Source: Ostrea edulis
Taxonomy: Eukaryota
Reading direction: 5' to 3'
Length of the DNA: 64,000 nucleotides
NCBI RefSeq assembly: GCF_947568905.1
Contig: NC_079165.1
Coordinates: 25,544,001 to 25,608,000 of the forward strand
Position 1 is the stretch's first letter. Each line of letters begins with the position of its first letter. The translations under genes and the position numbers were made by a program. Positions 49,301-61,424 of the stretch are shown here, in pieces. The notes under the pieces are model-generated. The model did no database searches. It had not been told where the DNA came from and saw only the letters and a program-made list of their open reading frames with translations.

Positions 49301-52300
49301 GGTCCCATTCAATGCTTCTCAAACTGTTCCTCAATTCACTGGTTGTCCATTCCAGTTCCTCCTTGGTCACTGATTTTGGGTTACTTATCAACTCGGACCA
49401 TCTGTCGTGTAAGTTCTGGGAAGTGTGAATAGACTTTTGTACTTCTCTGTAATTTAAAAAGAAAATAACTTGGGTGCAAGCATTACTATTATCATGGATA
49501 ACATCTACCTGTATAGGAGGGAGGTTCACTGTAGGAGGTTCTATCATTGAAACCATGTACTGTGGATCTTTCATAATCCATGGGTAGATACAAGAAGTAT
49601 TGAAGGAAATGGGGTGGAGGGGGCTATAATAAGGGTCTCAAATTTAGTACTTTACCCGTGAAACTGCATTAAAATATGTATTTTTGGCCATCTCAATTCC
49701 CCTTTAGATTTGCATTAGTAGTCATACCCATAACACGAGCTACTAAGCCATAATCTGTAGGGATTTGCTACACATTTGATGGCCAAAGAGACCATGAGAG
49801 CAGAGCTCTCCCTATAAGTAAGATATATATATATATATATTATATATATGCAAGACTCTAAAGTACGATGGTCGCTCCAAAGTGCGATGGTCACGCCAAA
49901 GTGCAATGGTCTGCGCCAAAGTGCGATGGTTTGTTAACGTTACGGACGCCAAAGTACGATGGCCATGCCAAAGTCCGATGATGCGGAGTTCAGTAACGTT
50001 TGTGACATCACGTCATTGTGACGTCCTTCTTAACGTCTTTCAAAATAAAACCAAAGAAATGTTACATGGACGACAGCAACGGCAAGATTTACATTGTTGA
50101 GGATAGTGAGAACGGCAAAGTACATTTGTTGTCGAACTATCTTCTTTGCCCAAACATTCTTTAATTCATGATTCATGATCATTTATTACTTTGACGTACA
50201 CATATTAAATTCCTGGGGGTATGCTACAATATTCTATACGATTTCGTGTTGAAAACTTTTGTGTTTAATAACACGACAACTAGATGGTAATGAAATAAGT
50301 TCTTATTGCTATTTTTTGTGCATGGATTTTGCACTGATATTTTGGTGAAACAACACATGGTTGGTTCAGTCTGTACCAAAACACTGTCGTTTACAAACCA
50401 ATGGATTTCGGCATGTCACACCATCGCACTTTATCGTGTCAGACCATCGCATTTTGGCGCATGAGTGAGGACTATCGTACTTTGGCGTGCCACACCATTG
50501 GGGTTTCGCGCAGACCATCGCACTTTGGCGTGACCATCGCACTTTGGAGTCCCATCGCACTTTGGAGTCTTACACACATTATATATATACAGGGCTCCCT
50601 TGATATTTGCCCCCCCCCCCCCCCCCATTATCATGCAATCCCTGCTCATTGCCTGAAAATCGTAAAGAACAGATTTCTCCCCATGTTAACACCCTCGATA
50701 TAATGCCAACCCCCCATAATGCCATATGCCACTGATTTTCACAAACAAATGGTCAAATTTTATAGGGTTTACCCTCGATAATAATGTCAATTATTATATA
50801 CCCATCAATGTTTTGTTTTTTGATACTGTGGATTTCACAGAGTGTGATCTGATTTTTCAAATCACCACACTGTATTTTTCTGTTTCCGTATCAGTATCCT
50901 CTGAAATTGATGACGTCACAATGCATCAATGCAACATTTTTCAGGAAGATATTGACCACGTCACAAACAAAACTGCAAATACAAAATATAATTTCCCTGC
51001 ATGTGATGTCTGTGTTTTTGATAATTTGGATTATATTTATTATCTTATAAATGTGGATTTAAGGGGTATTTAATAAATTTATCATTACTACAGTAACTTG
51101 ATACGAAGAGTTGGATCACGTCCCGTTGACAGGTGCGGATCATCAGATCAAACTCGACACTTTGCATCTCATGAGATCTAATGGTCCGCACCTGTCAAAT
51201 CTACGTGATCCGATTCTTTGTTCAAATCAAGTTCCTGTAGTAATAATATATATTTAGGTAACACCCATCAATAATTACACCTGTACTTTGAGTACAGTGC
51301 GGTGAAGTGTGACCGTCTGGACAAGGAATTCATATGTCCATGTTAATTACAAATAATTGCTGAATTACACTCAAGATTATCTAAATGTTCATACAGAATG
51401 GAGCAAATGAATTTACAGAATTGAATTTCTTTTGACTGCTCAGTAAATTGTCTGTTCGTTATATTGCCATCCCCATTTTATTGCCATAATTGGTCTTGAA
51501 CAAAAGTTGGCAACGTATCTAAGGAGCACTGTACATGTTTAAAAGGAAATTTTTGTCAAAATGGCGTAGATTTAAATGCAATCACGAGGACATGTATTTC
51601 TCCATTTCAATCTCATAAATATTCTGAGATATGTTACATAAAATCTGTAAAAGCAAGTAAACCATATTTTCTTAATCATATATATGTATTACTGTATATT
51701 ATGTGTGAACCCTATGAAACCATATTTGCACATATGTACTCATTATAAACATGACATGTTGATCTAGTACCAATGCACCGTCCCGTGGTATCTTTTGCAT
51801 TACAGTGGAGTTAATCATATACGTGTACTTATACTATCTTTACTATTATTACATGTAGTGTTGTTATGTACATGTATATATATATATATATATATATTTT
51901 CCTTTGTGTATTTCTGACTGTTTTGCATTAGGATACACGGTGGTACTTACATATAATACAAATAAGTATTATCATGTTCAAAATGTCTCATGTATGAACA
52001 TTGCTCATACTAATTGTGCATATTTTGCTCTTGTTTTGTTCTGGGTTTTTTTTTATCGTCATTTTTTTAAAAATAAACATTGCATATTGAAATGTTAACA
52101 ATCATGTATGCTGTATGTCCGGGAGGGCCCTAATTTGGAAATAAATCATATTCATATAATCACTTCTCAATTAACATGATTGTACCATGTTTCATATTGT
52201 ATATTTGCTACATACCGATACTGAATATGAAGTTACAATGCACTGTTTACATCAATTGCGTTATATTTCCCACGTTCAATAAATAAGCGAATCAAATGTC

Positions 52301-52671
52301 TAAAGTTAGGATGCTTTAATATAGCTCTGTCCTCACACATTAGGTGCTAACTTCGAGATAATCATTTTCCTGTTGTGGATCTACATGTAGGTACTAATGT
52401 CAATAATTTTTGCTTCGCCCTCGAACACAGTCATGTCATTAAATTCATAACCGCATTTATTTGTAAACTGATGAACAAAGACTATGATTTGTCAATGTAA
52501 TAAGCATTGGTCACTGGTCAGCTGGTATTAATCACTCTTAACTCCATACTTAACTAGCTATGGGGCATACTGACCACCTATACAGATTTAAATTGCATCA
52601 TGGATTCAGTTTTTCTTCTTCAACTACAGCACTTACTCTTTCACAACGAAAAATGGGTCTTCAATAGACAT
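40471..52671 (-). CDS. STX6: Syntaxin-6 (Qc-SNARE), complete, 8 coding exons, 249 aa
   Basis: Exons (minus strand): 52671-52637, 49446-49277, 48176-48082, 47512-47450, 47273-47166, 45835-45729, 41196-41102, 40547-40471. Sizes 35/170/95/63/108/107/95/77 nt give an open 750-nt frame. The protein runs MSIEDPFFVVKEEVQK...[29 protein letters not shown]...QDDQLDMIGSSVGVLKNMS...KRQWCAIGVLLVIMLIIIILFILL*. All introns are GT-AG except intron 2 (AT-AC). Confidence 0.96.
40671..40818. repeat. 148-bp palindromic MITE-like element in STX6 intron 7
   Basis: AATGAATTTTATAATTCTTTTCTT...GTATCATAGGGAAAATTGGA is mirrored by TCCAATTTTCCCTATGATAC...AAGAAAAGAATTATAAAATTCATT. Confidence 0.85.
42803..45210. mobile_element. 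~2.4 kb non-autonomous TIR element in STX6 intron 6, inserted into a HINE-type repeat
   Basis: ~32-bp TIR ATTACTGTGGATTTACAGTAAGTGTGAACGAC / GTCATTCACACTTACTGTAAATTCACAGTAAT. It contains the GGGCGAGATC MITE at 43662-43964. Flanks at 42307-42802 and 45211-45420 look like one HINE. TSD unresolved. Confidence 0.8.
45781..45956. repeat. 88-bp tandem duplication covering the 3' splice site and first 54 nt of STX6 exon 6
   Basis: 45781-45868 and 45869-45956 differ at 2 positions, both intronic. Confidence 0.95.
46315..46364. repeat. (TA)n microsatellite; others at ~4722-4765, 34683-34722, 34935-34964, ~44372-44395 and ~51875-51897, with (GA)n at ~9739-9772 and ~21577-21601
   Basis: Directly visible dinucleotide runs. 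Confidence 0.9.
48177..49276 (-). other. STX6: U12-type (minor spliceosome) AT-AC intron, STX6 intron 2
   Basis: 5' site ATATCCTTTT (49276-49267), branch point CCTTGAC (48191-48185) and 3' end ...TTAAC. Removing it joins ETV-G-IVE in frame. Confidence 0.93.
49853..50570. mobile_element. ~720-bp TIR element with arrays of subterminal repeats in STX6 intron 1
   Basis: TIR AGACTCTAAAGTACGATGG / CCATCGCACTTTGGAGTCT. CCAAAGT(G/A)CGATGG is repeated about 6-7 times at the left end and inverted about 6 times at the right end. Confidence 0.85.
51084..51244. repeat. ~160-bp imperfect palindromic MITE
   Basis: Ends ATTACTACAGTAACTTGAT / ATCAAGTTCCTGTAGTAAT, with internal TTGACAGGTGCGGA / TCCGCACCTGTCAA. 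Confidence 0.8.
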
Positions 52672-53016
52672 CTTTCAATGTACACTATAGTACACGGATA
52701 ATTTCTTTAACACATTCCAAGGGCTGTTGTAAATCAATCGATCATCACTAACCGGAAACAAATTGGTGCATCCTAATTGTTGGAACAAACATTCTTTCTC
52801 CGAATTAATAAAAATAAATTCAATGTAATTTTTTGCCGAACAGTAAAAAAAAATGTAAAAGAAAGGGATATATTGTTGTTAGTATCTTCCTCTTTTAAAA
52901 AAATCAAATAGATTATTTGCTTTTCTACATGATTTTTTAAAGGACCAACATACTTTTGAAAGGAATATTTTGTGAACGAAATAACAAAATTGTTACAAAG
53001 GCCACGTAAACATTTA
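52672..53016. promoter_or_regulatory. Putative bidirectional promoter and 5' UTRs shared by STX6 and SLC39A7
   Basis: The divergent start codons are only ~345-363 bp apart. An ETS-like ACCGGAAA lies at 52751-52758 (weak). TSSs are not determinable from sequence. Confidence 0.6.
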
Positions 53017-53034
53017 ATGGCCTTGACCTTAAAG

Positions 53035-55549
53035 ATGGCTGCCACCGGTACACGTTCTCGCACAGGACTGATTATTGTGTCAGTATGGATGTTCTGTTTA
53101 TATTTTACTATCGTGTTGGCACACGGACATGGCCACAGCCATGATCATGGCCACTCACACGAAGAACCAGCGTCCTTCAGATACAGCAAAGAAGCTAACG
53201 AAGCAGCTGACAAAGATAGCAAAGAGGGACACGGACATGGTCACGCCCATGGGGGGCACGGGCACTCGCATGACGGGCACGGCCATGCTCATGGACATGG
53301 TCATGCTCACGGAGGCCATGGTCATTCACATGATGACCATGACCATTTTCATGGCCACTCTCATGAACATGATGGACAACCATCAAGCAAATCTGAATTT
53401 TCTGTGGACCACATGGACACTGTTTGGAAACATGGTGACGCTAAGAAATCTTCAAGGAAAGAAGCTGATGTTTGGTTGTGGGTGCAAGCTTTAGCAGCAA
53501 CGCTGTTCATTAGTGTTTCTCCAATCGTCATATTATTGTTTGTTCCCATTGAAAATGCTAATGACCCAAAACACCAAAACTTGCTGAAGATTTTACTCAG
53601 TTTTGCCTCAGGAGGACTACTTGGTGATGCTTTTCTTCATCTGATTCCTCATGCTGTCTCCCCCCACTCACATGGAGGAGAGGAGCATAGTCACTCTCAT
53701 TCCCACAGCCATAGTCACGGGGACCATGATCATTCTCATGATATGTCTGTCGGTCTGTGGGTGTTGGCTGGAATCATTGCTTTCCTGTGTGTGGAGAAAT
53801 TTGTCCGAATTGTGAAAGGAGGTCATGGACACAGTCATTCTCAAGGCCACAGTCACAGCGAGGTGTCAAAGAAGGAGGATAAAAAGACTGAGAAGAAAGC
53901 AAAGGAGACCAATGATAACAAAAAGGACACGGAAAAGAAGACCGAGGAAGAGACGAGTGACAAAGAAAAGGAGAAAGAATCAAAGTCAGATGAGAAGAGT
54001 GACTCTAAGAAAAGTGAGGCTGTAAAGAAAGAAAAAGGAGAGGAGGAAAATAAAGAAAAGGACAAGAAGGAGAAAGAAAAGAAAGAAGAGAAAAGCTCTG
54101 AAGCAGAGACAGAAGGTATAACTTTATGTACAGAATATCATAGTTGTGATTAGTTTTGGATGGAGTGATGTATTAATCCTAGATTACTGTTTAAATAATT
54201 TGCAATAGTCACCTAGGAGTAGAGTATGTATGTAATTGTCAATTAATCCTAAAGAAGTACTGTTTAAATAATTCAATAGTCACCAAGAGTATGTATGTAA
54301 ATATCAATATTAATCCTAAAGCAGGGCTTGAAACTATTTTTTCATGCCACCAGTCCAGCTGGTCTGACAGGGTATAATTTCAACCAGTCCACAGAAAAAT
54401 TTACCAGTCCACCAGTTTTCCAGAAATGTCGCCATTAATGAACATATTAAAATGAAATGATTGAATTTAACTAGATATGTCTCAGACAATATCGTAACAC
54501 TTGTAAACATGTATGTGAGATTTATATTTACTAATCAGGTTCATCTGATATTTACAGAGGAATGCCATATGCGTGTTTCAGATTCCATAAGTATGTTTTG
54601 GAAAATTGACCAGTCTTATCGGACTGACTGGCGTAAAAGTCAGTCAGTCCACCAGACTTTTAACCAGTCACGGACTGATGGGCATGCTATGTTAATTTCG
54701 AGCCCCGTAAAGAAGTACTGTTTAAATAATTCTCAATAGTCACCTAGAGTATGTATGTTAATATCAATAAAGAGAGGAATTAAGTATATTTACATGCAAG
54801 TATTCTACTTAAACATGTAATGGAGAAATAGTATTGCTATTTGCTACATTCTAATACTAGGTATTTTTACTATGCTTTACAGAGGACATTAAAGTAGCAG
54901 GGTACCTGAACTTAGCAGCTGACTTTGCCCACAACTTTACAGATGGTCTCGCCATAGGGGCCTCTTTTCTTGTGGGACAGGGACTTGGGATCATCACCAC
55001 GGCAACAGTATTCTTGCACGAGATTCCGCATGAGATAGGTGACTTCGCCATCTTAGTGCAATCAGGCTGTTCAAAGAAAAAGGTAACAAGATACACATAA
55101 CTGCTTAAAACAGTTTTATAAGTAGAATATAGTAAGTAAAAGGGGAGATAATTTCATGAATCAATATATGGAAATTAAATCAGTTGAATTAATAAATTAA
55201 AAAATGGGCAACATTGAAATTCTAGCCAACGATATGTATTTTTCATGTTAGTATACTACTCTATATAGTTTAGATCCAACATTTTGATGAATTTTAGGCA
55301 ATGAAGCTCCAGTTTACAACTGCCATTGGTGCTATGCTGGGGACTGTGTGCAGTCTGATGGCACAGGGTATAGGGGATGCTGCCACACTCTGGATCTTAC
55401 CTTTCACTGCGGGGGGATTCATTTACATTGCCACTGTCTCTGTCATTCCGGAACTTCTAGAAGATACTAAACTAGGGCAGTCTGTAAAGGAAATAGCTGC
55501 CCTGCTTGTTGGTGTTTACATGATGGTTGTGATAGGACAGTTTGAGTAA
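53035..55549 (+). CDS. SLC39A7: Zinc transporter ZIP7 (SLC39A7/Catsup-like), 3 coding exons, ~510 aa
   Basis: Exons are 53035-54115, 54883-55082 and 55298-55549, with GT-AG introns of phase 1 and 0 and an open frame. An alternative in-frame ATG lies at 53017. The protein has a signal peptide, His-rich tracts, [64 protein letters not shown] and [22 protein letters not shown]. Confidence 0.96.
54322..54707. mobile_element. 386-bp MITE with CAGGG-type termini and a 5-bp TSD (hAT5-like) in SLC39A7 intron 1
   Basis: Ends CAGGGCTTGAAA / TTTCGAGCCCCG with TSD TAAAG. The empty site is visible in the adjacent intronic tandem unit TAATCCTAAAGAAGTACTG (~54245). Confidence 0.85.
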
Positions 55550-58351
55550 TTTTTTTGTTTTACAAGAATGCACATGTATATAGGTACTTGTTACTTACCG
55601 TTTGTCCTGCTTTTTATTTTCAGAACATCATTTGATAAAGTTTTATCATACTGTGGGAGTACATGACACAGGTATCATGAAAGCTTAACTAGTTTCAGTT
55701 CCTGTTATGTATAGGTTAATGGGGCCAATGCTGGAATAATTATCATTGGTACTATGAAAGGGTCACATTCAAATTACATGTCTAGTGTTTTAAAGAACCG
55801 TTTTGTATTAATCTGAACACTGTTTTTTCCATGTAATGCTAAGATTATAGCATTGAGAAGAAGAATCTGTTTTTGAAATTCAAAGATACATTGCATGGTT
55901 TGAACGTTGTACTCAACCACCCTGATACAAAAAAAGATTGTTACAACAAATCCCAGAGGACGGTAGAATTTATGTCCTTTTATCCATACAGAACCTAATT
56001 GTCCATATTCTAACTAATTAATTTCAAGACAGGGGATGGGTTGAAATTTTTTTCTATTTCACCCTTAAACAGACAATCGAAAACCCTGAACTCAAAATAT
56101 TTCATTGGGGTTTTTTTTCCACAAAAAATTATATTTTTCATGTAGTGTAAATTTTTGTATATGCTTTATCGCAATCTTTGTAAAAAAAAAATGTATAGTG
56201 GTTTTTTTTTCCACGGATGTAAAATTTGGCAATTTTCCAGCTCAAGGGTATACAAATAATTTTAGCAGAATATATTTCGGTGGACATAGGGTTTCAAAAC
56301 ATAAAATTTATAAGCAGTGTACTGTTAATACATGTAACTTACTTTAAAGAAAAAAAGTTTTACTGTCATCAAAAACAACTGACACAAATAAAGCTAGTTT
56401 ACCTAGTGCTACATACCAACTGCTAGACAGAGTTATCTTTCTTGCAAAAATATGTATTATGATTGTAGACACAGTTAGCTATTTTTAATTTGACAGAATG
56501 TTATCAAGCAGTTAAAATAAGCCAAAATAATCACCCCATGAAAAAACCTGCTGAGGATTCATCGTCACTGCATAATATTGTGTATATCTAGCTTCCCCGG
56601 GCCCCTCTCCACATTTCCTGTCTACCAACTTAGGGGGTCAAAATGATGAGTTAGAAAGGGGATACAAACAATATTTTAATGTAGACCAAACAAATTCTGT
56701 TAACCCACATTGGATTGCATAACTATTCTCGGTTCATTAAACAGTCACATGGTCACTCTGTCCGAGATTGTTTAAGGAATCATTTAACAAAACTTTTAAA
56801 AATTCACCATGCCCATACCAAAGTATTATGAAAATCTGTACCCTGATATTTATAACAACTTTGTTCTGACTGTAAATTCAATTTGTGTACTTCACTATTC
56901 AAATGCATGTGTCTTGTGAATGCTGGTGTTTGAATGACTGATGAAAATGTTCCTTTCGTGTGCTGCTGTAAATGCTATTGGTTGTCTAGTCATCAAATTA
57001 TATACACAACTTAACAAGTATGAAAAATGACATACATGTACATAGTAATATTATATTGAACTTCCTGGAAGGAGGAACTGATGTGTTGGCAGAATGTGTA
57101 GCTATGTTTATTGCAGTGTATCTCTTTAGAGTGTATGTGATTTAACTTATGCATGGTTTGTATGTACATGTATATGCACTTTTAAATACCACGTGCCATA
57201 ACTATCCAGATCAAAAAACTTCTCCTCAACTAATGAAGTATTACACATATACAATCACAACCTTTTAGGCCTTTCCAAAATGCAGGAAAACAATCTCCTG
57301 TGCATGTTATAATAACCTCGGTTTTTTTGGTAGTCTTTTTTGGAAAATGCAACCATAGCTAGGAACTGTCATGTTACTATTATGCTGGCTAATTCCTAAA
57401 TGCATGTACATTGTGTCAAACCAACTGTCAATGACAGGCATTATATAAAAATGACAATGGCTAACATTTTCCATCTTGTACAGATTTCTTATTAATCAAT
57501 AAAACATGCTTATGGCAAAGTGTTGGCCAATAGGGATGAACAATTTTGATTTGTTATATCCAATGAGTTCATAATGTTTTGAAACCACAGGGAATAAAAA
57601 TCACTTCACAGTAAGCATGAATGTATGTGTTCACTGTAATCATGTTTTATGGTATCTGGAGATTGTAATACATTTAAACCTACATTATGTGACATTCTAT
57701 TTTTGTCTGATGCAGGTATGTACATGTACTCTCAAAACCGGAAAGAATATCAAACTATAACCTAATAATAGTACATTTCTTACTCTCAAAAATAGGTGAA
57801 TTTTGTGAGTATGAAGAGAAGACTTCAAAATATGAGAAGATAATTACAGGGATGGGAGGGGGGTTGCTTTTTATAATAAATGTTATTCCTCCTGCTTTTA
57901 ATATCTTTCTCACTCATCAATTAGTACATATTGGATAGGTTTTAGAGTGTTCAGTGGATGTGGAGATAAATATCTTTTGATTATTGTATACACCACTATG
58001 GTGAGACTTCGAATTTAATTCATTATTTATTGTCACACTGGTGCTTTACGTGAGTGATATCAATGGTCATTGTATTATTGATAGTTTAAAAGAAGGCAGA
58101 ATGTATGACTTTATGAATGTGAATGATGAAGATGTCATTTTTTGTTTCTAATAAAACTGGTGACAGGTCATTGTATTTTTTATTTTATTAATGTACAAGT
58201 TTGGCTGTAGATTTTAGTAAGTCATTGTCAGTGGCCCACTACCTTCTCTGAAATACTTCTACTATTTGTTATAGACTGAAGAAGAAATTACAACACTATA
58301 TTTATTTCAAATTCCTAAAACCAAAATATTGAAATTGATTTAATACACAAT

Positions 58352-59602
58352 TTATTTTTGGGAACATTTCCCGATACAAAATTTAGCCTTTTTAACTGCT
58401 TCAGGATTCCTCATTTCTCCTCCAAGCTTTTCACCCATTTTGCAATTTTCTAGAGCTTTATCTATTTTAGATTGTCTTAGATACAAAGCCCCTAAATTGC
58501 AATACAAAACCGGTAATGTTGGATCCTTACTGGCATGCCCAATAGCTAAAGCTCTTTTCAGTATCTCCTCTGCTTTCACCAAGTCATTCTTTACAATGTA
58601 AATTGTAGCGATATCATTCAAAACCACAATCCTTTGTGGGTGTTCTTCTCCTAGATATTTCATAACAATTTCTTCAGAACGCTGAAGGTATCCCAAAGCT
58701 TTATCAAACTGTTTAGACTTCAGAAGATACTTGGCATAACTTTCCAGGGACATTCCCAGCAGACCAAATGTACTGGGGCTTTCATCTGGATTTTCTGTAA
58801 TTTTATCCTCCAGGGTTTTGATACAGAACTGGTAACCAGAGTGGGTCTCCTCCTCTTTTCCCATCATCGCATAAATAGCTGCTAACCGCATGCTTATCTC
58901 GATCACTGCACTGTCTGTCTGTTTTAAAAATTCATTGTGTATTGCTACTTTTAGTGTCTCTTTATATAGATTCTCAGCTTTCTCCAGGTTTCCTGTCTTA
59001 AGAGCAATGTTTCCTAATGCATCAAAAGCATAGATTCTAATTAACGTTAGTTGTCGTTTGTCAATTTTTTTCTCCTGAAATTGCTGCTGTGCCGTGTGTA
59101 ATGCCAAGTGATATGCATTTTCTGCCTCCCTGTAGTCCTCGCGTGCTACTGCAATATGCCCTGCTCGAATGTGTTCTTTGACTGGATCCTTTTCTTTCGC
59201 ACTAAACAAACTCACAAATGCAACAGTTCCAAGAAGTCTGTAGGTGCCATTTTTCAGAGGAACAATTCTAAGAAATAAAATAAAGGTTACTGTTAATTGT
59301 TGAAAAGCAGCTTTTTTTTTTTTTTTGTGCGTTACTTAGCTACTTATGAGTGTATAATTATATACTTTATATGCTTCATTTTCGAGGAAATTCGAAATAC
59401 CTAGACTTGTATAACACATCGAGAAAATTCGAATTGAATACCTTTCCGATACATTTTTCACCCGTTGTCGATTGAAACTAAAAGCGGTATTCAGTATGGA
59501 ATAATTGAACCGTATGTTAGAAAAATTCCACTTCAATGCCTGAAATGCTCGTGGTAATCTAAGCATACCCCATACTGTGGATTTCCACTTGCAAAATAAC
59601 AT
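58352..59602 (-). CDS. TTC19: Tetratricopeptide repeat protein 19, mitochondrial (complex III quality-control factor)
   Basis: Large exon 59267-58352 with TPR helices matching TTC19 (EAENAYHLAL, YAFDALGNIA...AENLYKETL, VIEISMRLAAIYA, GYQFCIKTLEDKI). The probable first exon is 59602 (or ATG 59566)-59442, with donor AAG|GTATTC in the phase that fits. It encodes an Arg-rich presequence-like peptide (MLRLPRAFQALKW...). The exon 1 model is less certain than the main exon. Confidence 0.88.
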
Positions 59603-60144
59603 GACTTATTCGGAAATTCTCAATGGTTTCTGGTTCAGAATTTATTGTTATTTCAAATAAAAAGAGAGAAAGAAAATTGTAAAAAAAAAATATTTCCGGA
59701 ATACAATATAGTTACACTGAATAATATTTTATGCGCGTATTAATAATAAATATTTTAATGAATATTTACAAATGAAGAAGACATATTTTTTGTGTATCAC
59801 GTGTCACGTATAATAAATATCACGTTAATCAGGGCATATGAACGAAAGCGAAAATCATCTATTGCGAAAACGCAAGTTCGGGGAAAGTTTTGCATTGTTT
59901 CGTATTTTTTGCCAAAATATTCGGAACAGACCCAGATGATTCATTGTGCATTTACGGTATATACATTTTGAACATTATTACTGATTTATGTTAGACACAC
60001 TTTGCCATTAGTTTCGCATTGATATACTAAGAGCACATGCAACGACAAACAGCGGGAAAGATGCAGAAGTGCAAGTAAACGACATGCTTTGCAGAAATTT
60101 CATTAGGCTTAGAGACTAATTGCATATATTTTGATTCCACAAAT
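59603..60144. promoter_or_regulatory. Putative bidirectional promoter between TTC19 and TDRD5
   Basis: Divergent starts are ~540 bp apart. The region is CpG-containing and has a CACGTG E-box at 59798-59803 (weak). Confidence 0.5.
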
Positions 60145-60748
60145 ATGAGTAGCAAAGCACTGAAGAAAGAAGATGTTAAGAAGAATCTTAGATCCCTGCT
60201 TCTGTCTGCACCAGCTGCACTGACAATCGACGAATTAAAGCGTGACTACCATGACTTTATTATGGAGCCGATTCCCTATAGGGCACTGGGATACGTCACT
60301 CTGGAAGATCTTCTCAAGGACATGCCAGATGCCCTGCATGTGACATGGAGGAAAGGTGTGATGTGTGTTGCTGGCATTGCTGATTCTAATACGGCTCACA
60401 TCCAAAAACTTGTTTCTAAACAGAAAGTTGCTAACAAAAACAAATGGGCTACTCTCAGAAAAGGGGGCCCTCCGCCACAGAGACACAAAACCCAACATCC
60501 TCGACCTCTTCCTACTGTGCCACCTTTCATAAGACACCATCTAGGGCAACTGTTTAAATCGTATCCAGATGGTTTACCATTTACACATTTTGATGCTGCA
60601 TTCTCTAAAAGGTTTAACATTCAAATTGATCCTATCAGACTAGGGTTTTCTTCTTTGAAAGAATTATTACAGACTGTGCCACATATTTTGGAAGTTAAGG
60701 AGCTGCAGAATGGAGAAGTGCGTGTGTGTCCAGTTGCCAGTAGTTCTA
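60145..60748 (+). CDS. TDRD5: Tudor domain-containing protein 5 (tejas/tapas family), first coding exon with two LOTUS/OST-HTH domains; gene continues beyond the window
   Basis: LOTUS1 is VKKNLRSLLLS...LGYVTLEDLLKDMPD...IQKLVSKQK; the RSLL, LGY and DMPD features fit TDRD5 better than TDRD7. LOTUS2 is PTVPPFIRHHLGQL...FDAAFSKRF...LGFSSLKELL. Donor A|GTAAGT after 60748. Confidence 0.85.
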
Positions 60749-60992
60749 GTAAGTTTAAAATTGGGGAAATTGCATTCAACTGTTTTAAACAACACACTTT
60801 GAAGAAATGTTCATTGATTTGATAAACCTGTACCCAGAACAAGTATAACAGGATCAGTAACTCATTTCAAATCAATGAATAAGAAAGATGTCTTCATTTT
60901 TATCTCTCTAGTGGTTATAGAATACAAGGTAATAACCATTTCTCAAGATGTTAAGAACTTTTTATATCTGTCATGATTTCATTAATTTGCAG

Positions 60993-61243
60993 ATAATTGG
61001 CCACAGCAGTCTAAAGAACATCCTTTTCACAAGTCATATCAGCCAAATTTACCACCAAGGCTGGAAAGACAAAGGTCTTCAGAAAACAAGAACAATGCAC
61101 AGCCATGTCTTAGTTCAACATTTCCATCAGGAATTGCAGAAGAGATGAGAAATGTACAACCTAAGCCACAGATAAATCCATCTCAGTCACAGGGTGTAGG
61201 AAGAGGTAGAACATTGCAAGAACTATGGACCTGTAAATCCACT
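60993..61243 (+). CDS. TDRD5: Probable TDRD5 coding exon 2 (low-complexity linker)
   Basis: The acceptor TTTGCAG| is phase-compatible with exon 1 and the frame is open (NWPQQSKEHPFHKSYQPNLPPRLERQR...). The 3' donor is uncertain (ACT|GTATGC assumed). Confidence 0.55.
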
Positions 61244-61363
61244 GTATGCTCTGAAAGTGTTACCCCAGTATTTACCGGGTACATGTATAGTCAGTCGCTG
61301 TACATTAAAAGAAGATCCTGTATCAAACATCCCCATTCATACTTTTCTGTAAAATTTTGTATG

Positions 61364-61393
61364 TTTATGCCCCCGAGATGGAAGATCAGGGGA

Positions 61394-61424
<31 letters not shown>

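Noticed and set aside
49447-49574. N-terminal part of ORF 49263-49574 (MKDPQYMVS...)
   Set aside because: Intronic read-through upstream of the exon 2 acceptor at 49446. The true exon 1 is at 52671-52637.
52972-53034. ORF-track start of SLC39A7 at the GTG at 52972 and its end at 54153
   Set aside because: ATG 53035 (or 53017) directly precedes the signal peptide. The ORF tail after 54115 is intron read-through.
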